Source: Clostridium thermosuccinogenes (GTDB lineage: Bacteria > Bacillota > Clostridia > Acetivibrionales > DSM-5807). From it: a stretch of 64,000 bases of DNA. How positions within the stretch are numbered: the stretch's first letter is position 1; each line of letters begins with the position of its first letter. The stretch lies in assembly GCF_002896855.1 (NCBI RefSeq), contig NZ_CP021850.1:209665-273664 (forward strand). Reading direction: 5' to 3'. This document shows, in pieces, positions 18,329 through 26,488 of this stretch. The position numbers and the translations under genes are program-made. The notes beneath the pieces are model-generated. The model did no database searches. It was not told the origin of the DNA and was given only the letters and a program-made list of their open reading frames with translations.

Positions 18329-19366
18329 CTATATCTTTCCTGCATGCCTTAGCATACGGCAAATACGGTGATACAGCACGGCACCGTATCCACCTTTCTT
18401 TAAAAGTGTTCTGGTTGTTCTCCTTATGCCTTCTGTACGGGCCTTTGGGTCAGAAAGATACATGGCAAGGAGACCTTTTATTATCGTGGTATGGAACTTC
18501 GGGTATTTCAATTGGGAACAAAGTTCCAGGCATTCCCCGATGAACAGGGAAAGACGCTCCTCCATCTGTAGGGGGCTTTCATAGAAACTGGTGAAATTCA
18601 GATCTCCTGTTTCAATATCCTCCCGGGCATCTATATAATAGTCCAGAAGTATGTGAAGGCCGCATACCCACGGGAAATATGCTTTTTCCAGAAGGTCTAT
18701 CTCATCGGGGGAGAGATGCGGGTCGGAGGCTATAGCGTACAAAAGGAAAACATAAAGGGTAGATCCGGCTGCAGCTGCAAATTCCCACCAGTATATGCCC
18801 GGATATTCTTTTAGCAAACCTTCAGCCCAAGACGACAGACGCTTTTCCCGGACATCCGGTTTGATGTGCTTCAAAGACTGCATTTCCGAGTACAGGCAGA
18901 TATATTTTTTCATTTTTTCCAGGATGATGCTATGGGATGGCAGAGTCAGAACTTGTATACGGCACATATCGACGAGGGCTTCAAGATACCCGCCGTCTTT
19001 TTTGCAGGGGTAATACAGGTAGTAGTCGCTTTTATCCCTGTAAGGATCCACAGCATCCAGCATGGAAATATGAAGCTGCCGGAAAGCCGCTTCGTCCGAC
19101 ACACCGGCTCTGTCACACAGGTTGTCCAGGTAGTCGCTTATGGTTTGCAGCGCTGTGATGAATTTGACCGTATTCTCAAGATCTGTTCCGGGATAAAGAG
19201 CATAAACACTTCCTCCCAGGGCATGGAACCTTTTCATTTCAATGCTTGCAAGGGCCTGCTTTTTAAGTTCATCATCTTCCGCCTTGCCGCAGACCTCCTT
19301 CCAGTGCTCCAGTTCCCCGTCCACAATGGGAAATGCTTTGCCAACAAAGCTCTTTATAAGGTTCAT
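18329..19366 (-). CDS. YtpB-like protein (DUF2600; tetraprenyl-beta-curcumene synthase family)
   Basis: 345 aa; recognised from memory of the YtpB family signature around TISDYLDNLCDR; not alignable here. Confidence 0.55.
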   Translation of the reverse strand: MNLIKSFVGKAFPIVDGELEHWKEVCGKAEDDELKKQALASIEMKRFHALGGSVYALYPGTDLENTVKFITALQTISDYLDNLCDRAGVSDEAAFRQLHISMLDAVDPYRDKSDYYLYYPCKKDGGYLEALVDMCRIQVLTLPSHSIILEKMKKYICLYSEMQSLKHIKPDVREKRLSSWAEGLLKEYPGIYWWEFAAAAGSTLYVFLLYAIASDPHLSPDEIDLLEKAYFPWVCGLHILLDYYIDAREDIETGDLNFTSFYESPLQMEERLSLFIGECLELCSQLKYPKFHTTIIKGLLAMYLSDPKARTEGIRRTTRTLLKKGGYGAVLYHRICRMLRHAGKI

Positions 19367-19853
19367 TCCATGACGGTAGTTATTGTCTATATATAAAACC
19401 TCCCTGTCTAAACATGTTAAATATTTTATCCCAAAAGCACTGTTATTTTGTGCGCATATACTATTTTCACCATAAAGCAGGGAACAATAACATAAATTAC
19501 TTTGTTCAAGGCGGATGGTTTTGTGATTCGAATTTTCGCGTTTTGCGGCCTGTACATGGAGAAATTCATTTTGGACAGCAAAATTGACTTTTTTCGGTGA
19601 AATTACATTTTATATGCTATAATAATGATAATATTAATAAGGTTGATATTCCGCTTGAAAAAACAAAATCCGCAGGGTATAGTAATAATATATTGGCAAA
19701 GCGGGATGGTCATTGCGATTGTAGCATTTAAAATTTAAATGCGCCATTAATGTATTTCATATTTCATCCGGGCAATAATCATATTGACACCTGTACAGTA
19801 CGGAATTTAAAAAAGCTGAAAAGGCATTTTTATATATAAGGGAGGAAGCAGAT

Positions 19854-21836
19854 TTGGAAAAAAAGACATTTTATATTACGACGCCGATATACTACCCCAG
19901 TGACAAATTACATATAGGCCATTCCTATACCACAGTTGCAGCGGATGCCGTGGCAAGGTACAAAAGGCTCAAAGGCTACGATGTGATGTTTCTTACCGGA
20001 ACCGATGAGCATGGACAAAAAATTCAGAGAAAGGCCGAAGAAAAAGGCGTTACTCCAAAACAATACGTGGATGGAATCGTGTCCGGCATTAAAGATATGT
20101 GGAAGCTGATGGATATAAGCAACGACAGGTTTATAAGGACAACCGACGAGTACCATATAAAATCCGTCCAGCAGATATTCAAAAAGCTTTATGACCAGGG
20201 AGATATATATAAGAGCGAGTACGAAGGTTGGTACTGTACCCCCTGTGAATCCTTCTGGACAAAGACCCAGTTGGTAGACGGAAAATGCCCTGACTGTGGG
20301 AGGGAAGTGGAGCTTACCAAAGAGGAAAGCTATTTCTTCAGGCTTTCCAAGTACCAGGACAAGCTTATAAAATACATAGAGGAGCATCCGGACTTCATAC
20401 AGCCGGTTTCAAGGCAGAATGAAATGCTCAACAACTTTCTGCGCCCAGGGCTGGAAGACCTCTGTGTTTCCAGAACCTCTTTCGATTGGGGAATACCGGT
20501 GACTTTTGACGAAAAACACGTAGTCTATGTCTGGATAGATGCCCTTTCCAACTATATTACCGCTTTGGGATACGGGTCTTCGGATGATTCCGATTATAAA
20601 AAATACTGGCCTGCCGATGTACATCTGGTAGGAAAGGAAATAGTCCGTTTCCATACAATCATATGGCCGGCAATGCTCATGGCCCTTGGAGAACCACTGC
20701 CGAAGCAGGTTTATGGACACGGATGGCTGCTGCTGGAAGGCGGCAAAATGTCCAAATCCAAAGGAAATGTCGTAGATCCGGTTATATTGGTGGAAAAATA
20801 CGGCCTTGATGCGATCCGGTACTTCCTTTTGAGAGAAGTTCCCTTCGGTTCGGATGGGGTATTCTCCAACGAAGCGCTGATAAACAGGATTAATTCGGAC
20901 CTTGCCAACGACCTGGGAAATCTGGTCAGCAGAACGGTGGCAATGATTGATAAATATTTCGGTGGTACCCTGCCTTCGGAAAAGGTGTCCGGAGATTTCG
21001 ACGAGGATTTGAAGAAGATGGTGACAGAGTTGACGCCCAAGGTGGAGGAGCTTATGGACAAACTGCAGTTCAGCTCAGCCCTGGCGGAGATTTGGAAGGT
21101 AATATCCAGGACAAACAAATATATTGACGAAACAATGCCATGGGTATTGGCCAAGGATGAAGCGAGCAAGCCAAGGCTTGCGGCAGTTTTGTACAATCTT
21201 GCCGAGAGCCTCAGGGTGATTTCCATACTGCTGCAGCCCTTCATGACCCAGACTCCCGCAAAGATTTGGCATCAGTTGGGACTGGCCGGCTCCGATGTTC
21301 TTACATGGGAAAGCGCCCGCGTTTGGGGCGGATATCCGGAAGGCATATCGGTCAACAAGGGCGAGGTCATATTCCCCAGAATCGACGTGAAGAAAGAAAT
21401 GGAGGAGCTGGAGAAGCTGACTGCAGCCAAGGATGAGAATAAGGCCGATAACTCCGGGGATAAGGATAAATCCCAAAAGGGCGGCAAGGAGGATAAGGCT
21501 GAAAAGCAGCAGGAGATGATTACGATAGATGATTTTGCAAAGCTGGACTTGAGAGTAGCAAAGGTGCTGGAAGCAGAAAAGGTGGAAGGCGCCGACAAGC
21601 TGCTGAAACTCAAGCTGGAAGTGGGAAGCGAAACCAGACAGGTGGTGTCCGGCATAGCGAAGCATTACGCTCCCCAGGATCTCATAGGCAAGACCATCAT
21701 ACTGGTGGCAAACCTTAAGCCTGTCAAACTCAGGGGAATAGAATCCCAGGGTATGATCCTGGCAGCGACGGATGAAAACGGACTGGTTCTGGCAACCACC
21801 GACAAACCCATAAAATCAGGCTCTAAGATAAGCTAA
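19854..21836 (+). CDS. metG: methionine-tRNA ligase with C-terminal tRNA-binding (EMAP/Trbp111-like) domain
   Basis: HIGH (PSDKLHIGHSYT) and KMSKS motifs, zinc knuckle CTPCESF...CPDCG; TTG start after a GGGAGG SD. Confidence 0.95.
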   Translation: MEKKTFYITTPIYYPSDKLHIGHSYTTVAADAVARYKRLKGYDVMFLTGTDEHGQKIQRKAEEKGVTPKQYVDGIVSGIKDMWKLMDISNDRFIRTTDEYHIKSVQQIFKKLYDQGDIYKSEYEGWYCTPCESFWTKTQLVDGKCPDCGREVELTKEESYFFRLSKYQDKLIKYIEEHPDFIQPVSRQNEMLNNFLRPGLEDLCVSRTSFDWGIPVTFDEKHVVYVWIDALSNYITALGYGSSDDSDYKKYWPADVHLVGKEIVRFHTIIWPAMLMALGEPLPKQVYGHGWLLLEGGKMSKSKGNVVDPVILVEKYGLDAIRYFLLREVPFGSDGVFSNEALINRINSDLANDLGNLVSRTVAMIDKYFGGTLPSEKVSGDFDEDLKKMVTELTPKVEELMDKLQFSSALAEIWKVISRTNKYIDETMPWVLAKDEASKPRLAAVLYNLAESLRVISILLQPFMTQTPAKIWHQLGLAGSDVLTWESARVWGGYPEGISVNKGEVIFPRIDVKKEMEELEKLTAAKDENKADNSGDKDKSQKGGKEDKAEKQQEMITIDDFAKLDLRVAKVLEAEKVEGADKLLKLKLEVGSETRQVVSGIAKHYAPQDLIGKTIILVANLKPVKLRGIESQGMILAATDENGLVLATTDKPIKSGSKIS

Positions 21837-21840
21837 CAAA

Positions 21841-22080
21841 CAGGGACATTCCACGATGATTATGGATGTAAAGAAGTGGTGTGTCCCTGCACCTAATACC
21901 CAGGGACATTCCACGATGATTATGGACGTAAAGAAGTGGTGTGTCCCTGCACCTAATACCCAGGGACATTCCACGATGATTTTGGATGCAAGGAGAGGTG
22001 TGTCCCTGTACCTAAGCTCCAGGGACATTCTGCGATAATCATGAGCGCAAGGTTGTGGTGTGTCCCTATACCTAATACCC
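21841..22080. repeat. tandem array of four 60-bp units CAGGGACATTCCACGATGATTATGGA..GTGGTGTGTCCCTGCACCTAATACC
   Basis: exact 60-bp period starting at 21841, 21901, 21961 and 22020; each unit holds a CAGGGACA / TGTCCCTG inverted repeat; the array fills the metG-tatD intergenic region. Confidence 0.85.
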
Positions 22081-22095
22081 CATTGGAGGATATAA

Positions 22096-22863
22096 ATGCT
22101 GTTTGATACCCATGCACATTTTGACGATGAGAGATTTGATGACGATAGAGATGAAGTGATACGCAAGGCTCATGAAAGTGGCGTTTCATATATATTGAAT
22201 GCTTCTTCCGATATGGATTCTTCCAGGAAAAGCATGGCACTGGCCGACAAATATGATTTCATTTATGCGGCTGTAGGGGTGCATCCCCACAGTGCCGGGG
22301 AAATGAAGGAGGATGACCTGGAAATCCTGGCAGGATATGCTTCCCACCCGAAAGTTGTGGCAATCGGGGAGATAGGGCTTGATTATTATTATGACAATTC
22401 CCCCAGAAATGTGCAGAAATACTGGTTTGCCCGACAGATAAGGCTTGCCCGGGAGGTGGGGCTGCCTGTGGTCATCCATGACAGGGATGCCCATGAGGAC
22501 ACCCTGGCCATAATCAAAGCCGAAGGCGCCTCAGAAGTCGGAGGGGTGTTTCACTGCTACACCGGCAGTGTTGAGATGGCAAAGGAAGTGCTTAAAAATA
22601 ATTTTTATATAGCCCTTGGAGGAGCCGTTACCTTTAAAAATGCCAGGAAGCTTCTGGATGTGGCTAAGTTTGTTCCCGAGGATAGGCTTCTTATAGAGAC
22701 AGACTGCCCGTATATGACCCCTGAACCATACAGGGGCAAAAGAAATGATTCAGGATATGTCCGGCTGGTCGCGGAAAAAATTGCGGAGTTAAGAGGAGTG
22801 ACTTTTGAAGAGATAGCACAGATAACAGCGCAGAATGCCAGAAGGCTCTTCAAAATTACATAG
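22096..22863 (+). CDS. tatD: TatD family metal-dependent hydrolase (DNase)
   Basis: MLFDTHAHFDDERF start and conserved His/Asp metal ligands; follows metG as yabD does in Bacillus. Confidence 0.9.
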   Translation: MLFDTHAHFDDERFDDDRDEVIRKAHESGVSYILNASSDMDSSRKSMALADKYDFIYAAVGVHPHSAGEMKEDDLEILAGYASHPKVVAIGEIGLDYYYDNSPRNVQKYWFARQIRLAREVGLPVVIHDRDAHEDTLAIIKAEGASEVGGVFHCYTGSVEMAKEVLKNNFYIALGGAVTFKNARKLLDVAKFVPEDRLLIETDCPYMTPEPYRGKRNDSGYVRLVAEKIAELRGVTFEEIAQITAQNARRLFKIT

Positions 22864-22899
22864 ATCGGCTTTTATTATTTTTTATTTGGGGGTAGACTG

Positions 22900-23610
22900 A
22901 TGAAGAAATTGGTGCTGATACTGGTTTGCACTGCACTGCTGACGTTCTTTATCGCTTTTGACTATTTGCTGTGGGACAGGGAAAAAAACACTCAGAGCAT
23001 TCAGAATCTTGAGGACTCCATAGACAGCAAGGATGCCACCATAGGAGCTTTAGGCAGAGAAATCAAGAATCTGGAGGACTATAACAACCAGCTGTCAAAC
23101 AAACTGAAGCTTATGGAAGAAGAAAAGAAAGCCCAGGAGGATAAAATTTCCCTCCTGGAGGACAGTGTTCTTGAATTGCAGAGCCAGATGGAGCAAAAGG
23201 ATAAATTTATCAGCACACTGGAGCGGTTTGCCGATTTCAGCCCCTTGGAAAGCATAATCCTGGACTGGATCGCCAAAATAAACGAAGGCCAATATCAAGA
23301 GGCATACCAATTGATGAAGCTGAAAACCAATGCCGGGGATAAGCCTTTAAGCCCGGATGAATTTGCCGGTACCTGGATGAATTCTGTCAAGACCATGGAG
23401 CTGGCCTCGCTGGAGCTAAGTCCGGATAAAGCCCGACAGGAAAAGGGAGCCGATATCCTTATGCTGGCCGGAGTAAATGTGGTAGTTCCGGAAGAGGGAA
23501 GAGGAAGTAAACTTAAAGAAGGCTTAAATAAGATGTATTTTGGATTCTCATATGACCAGGAGAAAAAGAACTGGTTTATATCCGTTGTAGATGTAGCCCC
23601 CCTGAATTAA
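22900..23610 (+). CDS. hypothetical membrane-anchored coiled-coil protein
   Basis: N-terminal TM helix (LVLILVCTALLTFFIAF), heptad-rich region 30-110, C-terminal globular part. Confidence 0.6.
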   Translation: MKKLVLILVCTALLTFFIAFDYLLWDREKNTQSIQNLEDSIDSKDATIGALGREIKNLEDYNNQLSNKLKLMEEEKKAQEDKISLLEDSVLELQSQMEQKDKFISTLERFADFSPLESIILDWIAKINEGQYQEAYQLMKLKTNAGDKPLSPDEFAGTWMNSVKTMELASLELSPDKARQEKGADILMLAGVNVVVPEEGRGSKLKEGLNKMYFGFSYDQEKKNWFISVVDVAPLN

Positions 23611-23690
23611 CTAAGTAATTATCACCAATTTTTCATCTCTTCATATAATGTATTGTAACTAGTAGAAATTTTACTCCGGAGGTAAATTAT

Positions 23691-24149
23691 ATGAAGGATG
23701 AAAGAAAGCTCAAAGAGGATAAGGCCAAAGCCAATAGCAAGGTAACCGGTCTTGAAGACGTTCAGAAGATGCCGCAGACTCAGATGGCACCAGAAACACC
23801 CCATATGCAGGGAATGCCGGAAATGATGCAGATGCCGGCAATGGATCAGATGCCTTACATGGATCAGGCACCCTATATGGATCAGGCACCTTATATGCAG
23901 CAGATGCCCTACATGCAGCAGATGCCGTATATGCAGCAAATGCCATATATGCAACAGATGCCAATGGTATGCTGTCCTGTACTTATGAATGCTCAATGCC
24001 CTATGCTCTACGGGCAGGCAGGGATGACCCCCAGCATGTATGGCCAGAGCATGTATTCTCCTGCTTCAATGCAGAATCCATATATACCAGGCCCACAGAA
24101 TCCATGCATGACCAATCCCCATATGCCTTCCGGCATGATGCCTTATTAG
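23691..24149 (+). CDS. hypothetical Met/Pro/Tyr/Gln-rich repeat protein (QMPYMQ repeats)
   Basis: 152 aa with at least 8 tandem (D/Q)(Q/A)(M/A)PYM units and a Cys-containing tail; AGGAGG-like SD upstream. Confidence 0.55.
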   Translation: MKDERKLKEDKAKANSKVTGLEDVQKMPQTQMAPETPHMQGMPEMMQMPAMDQMPYMDQAPYMDQAPYMQQMPYMQQMPYMQQMPYMQQMPMVCCPVLMNAQCPMLYGQAGMTPSMYGQSMYSPASMQNPYIPGPQNPCMTNPHMPSGMMPY

Positions 24150-24460
24150 TTTGATGGCATCCTGCGGAATAAAAGTCAATAGAAATGAGCGGTTATATGA
24201 TTTTATCTTAAGGCAGATAGCTCTATCTGCCTTAAATCTTATCAAAACCTCCTGAGTTATGAGTGAAAAATATTGCTTTATGCGGATTGTGGCAGCTTTT
24301 CCGTGATAAGGTATATTTCCCCTGGCAAAAATGTATAATATATAGACTTTTAGTGAATAATTCCATAATGGGATACTTATGTTAATAAATTTGACAAATA
24401 TTCTATTTTGGAATAGAATAGCCACAGTCCCCTAGATATTTTTAACAGGAGGTTAATTAA

Positions 24461-25516
24461 GTGATACCACTTGAGAAAAATATTAAGAGGTATTTTTCAT
24501 TGAAAGAATTTGCAATTGTGTTTTTGTCAGTTGTACTTTCAGTTTTGGCCGGGACTGCAGTATTCTACAACCTGAAAAGGGAAGTAATAATTAATGACAA
24601 CGGAAAGCAAATCATGGTAAGAACGATGAAAACTACCGTAAGTGAGGTTCTACAGCAGAACGGGATTACGATAGGTGAATATGATGAAATCAGTTTACCG
24701 CTCGATGCAAAATTACAGAAGATAAGTATTAATGAGATATACATTGAGAGAGCCGTACCGGTTAACATATTTGTTGACGGTAAAAGCATACAGGTAATGA
24801 CATGCGAAGATACTGTGGAAGATGTTCTGAAGAGCAGTTCCATAGAACTTTCTGAGTTGGACAAACTGGACAATGTCAGCCTGAATGATAAGATAGAAGC
24901 AAATATGGATATCCGGATCATAAGGGTTAAGGAAGAACTGGTTACAGAGCAAATACCCATACCCTTTAGTGAAATCAAAAAAGAAAACCACAACATGGAT
25001 AAAGGCACAAGCAGGACGGTAAGGGAGGGCAAGGACGGCATCCGGGAAAAAGTATATAAAGTGGTTTTTGAAGACGGCAAGGAAGTTTTAAGAGAACTTA
25101 TCGAAGATGTGGTGGCAATCGCTCCGGTGAACAAAATAATTGAGTACGGAACTGTATTGAACTTTAAAACATCCAGAGGAGAGGTTGTCAGGTATAAAAA
25201 GGTGCTCAATATGAAGGCAACCGCTTATACCGCCTCATATAAGGATACCGGAAAAAAACCGGGGGATGCCGGATTTGGAATAACTTACACAGGAAAAAAA
25301 GTGAAAGAAGGCATTATTGCCGTAGATCCCAAGGTAATACCTTTAGGTACCAGAGTGTATATAGAAGGCGTAGGAAATACACCGGATTACGGTTTTGCCG
25401 TGGCTGAGGATATAGGCAGCGCGGTGAAGGGAAATGTGATCGACCTGTATTTCGACACCCAGGAAGAAGCTGACAGATGGGGACGCAGATCGGTCAGAGT
25501 ATATATACTGAAATAA
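24461..25516 (+). CDS. yabE: YabE-like DUF348/G5/3D-domain protein
   Basis: N-terminal TM, DUF348 repeats, C-terminal 3D (MltA-like) domain (ATAYTA...GIIAVDPKVIPLGTRVYIEG...DTG); sits upstream of ksgA as in Bacillus. Confidence 0.8.
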   Translation: MIPLEKNIKRYFSLKEFAIVFLSVVLSVLAGTAVFYNLKREVIINDNGKQIMVRTMKTTVSEVLQQNGITIGEYDEISLPLDAKLQKISINEIYIERAVPVNIFVDGKSIQVMTCEDTVEDVLKSSSIELSELDKLDNVSLNDKIEANMDIRIIRVKEELVTEQIPIPFSEIKKENHNMDKGTSRTVREGKDGIREKVYKVVFEDGKEVLRELIEDVVAIAPVNKIIEYGTVLNFKTSRGEVVRYKKVLNMKATAYTASYKDTGKKPGDAGFGITYTGKKVKEGIIAVDPKVIPLGTRVYIEGVGNTPDYGFAVAEDIGSAVKGNVIDLYFDTQEEADRWGRRSVRVYILK

Positions 25517-25548
25517 AAAAAGGAGAAAATTACTAACTAGGGGCTTAA

Positions 25549-26424
25549 ATGAGTACTACAAAGGAAATCATAAACAAATATAATATACGAATGACAAAAT
25601 CTCTGGGTCAGAACTTTCTTACAGATGAGAATATTGTGCGGAGGATTGTCGATACGGCGGAGGTTAACAAAGACGATCTGGTTGTAGAGATAGGACCCGG
25701 AATCGGAAGCATGACAAGGGAGTTATGCGCCCGGGCAGGCAAAGTGGTTGCGGTGGAGATAGACAAGCATCTGATGCCTGCCCTTACAGACAATTTAAAA
25801 GACTTTGATAATATTGACATAATCAATGGAGATATTCTCAAGGTTGATATAAGGAAGGATATTCTTGAAAAATATGTCGCTACCGGAGCTTTCAAACCTG
25901 GATGCTTCAAAGTGGTAGCCAACCTTCCCTATTACATAACAACTCCCATTATAATGAAGCTTCTGGAAGACGAATATGGCATCAACCTTATGGTGTTCAT
26001 GGTGCAGAAGGAGGTTGCCGACAGAATGGTTGCCGCACCCGGGGGAAAGGACTATGGTTCCCTGTCGGTTGCCGTACAGTACTATTCCATGGCAGAGAAG
26101 GTATTTGATGTACCTCCCCATTGCTTTATACCCCAACCGGATGTATATTCTTCGGTGGTACGGCTGAGGGTGCATGAAGATCCACCTGTTAAGGTTAATG
26201 ACCGGGCGGCGTTTTTTAAGACAGTAAAGGCTGCCTTTGGGCAGAGAAGGAAGACTCTGCTCAATGCCCTCTATAATTCCGGATATTTTGCCAAGGACAA
26301 GGAGCAAATCCGGGAAATACTGAAAAGTAAGGGCTTAGATGAGAATCAAAGGGGAGAAACATTGACCATCGAACAGTTTGCCGATTTATCCAACGCATTA
26401 GAAAAAAACCGTCATACTAATTAA
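25549..26424 (+). CDS. rsmA: 16S rRNA (adenine1518/1519-N6)-dimethyltransferase
   Basis: KSLGQNFL start and EIGPGIGSMT SAM motif. Confidence 0.95.
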   Translation: MSTTKEIINKYNIRMTKSLGQNFLTDENIVRRIVDTAEVNKDDLVVEIGPGIGSMTRELCARAGKVVAVEIDKHLMPALTDNLKDFDNIDIINGDILKVDIRKDILEKYVATGAFKPGCFKVVANLPYYITTPIIMKLLEDEYGINLMVFMVQKEVADRMVAAPGGKDYGSLSVAVQYYSMAEKVFDVPPHCFIPQPDVYSSVVRLRVHEDPPVKVNDRAAFFKTVKAAFGQRRKTLLNALYNSGYFAKDKEQIREILKSKGLDENQRGETLTIEQFADLSNALEKNRHTN

Positions 26425-26442
26425 AGTATGACGGTTTTTTTT
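26409..26442 (+). terminator. rho-independent terminator (stop codon inside the loop)
   Basis: CCGTCATAC-taattaaa-GTATGACGG followed by TTTTTTTT. Confidence 0.8.
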
Positions 26443-26488
26443 AATTTTACAAACATATATATAATATCAGGAAAAAATATCTTAACAG

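Noticed and set aside
19400-19853. T-box riboswitch leader upstream of metG
   Set aside because: metG is often T-box controlled in Firmicutes and the leader is ~450 nt. However, no T-box consensus (AATTAGGGTGGTACCGCG-like) or recognisable specifier/antiterminator arrangement was found by eye. This needs a covariance-model search to settle.
21816-22240. Minus-strand ORFs 21816..22166 and 21953..22240 with internally repeated peptides (TSIIIVECPWVLGAGTHHFF)
   Set aside because: They are translations of the 60-bp tandem repeat array. They have no RBS, and the peptide repeats simply mirror the DNA repeats.
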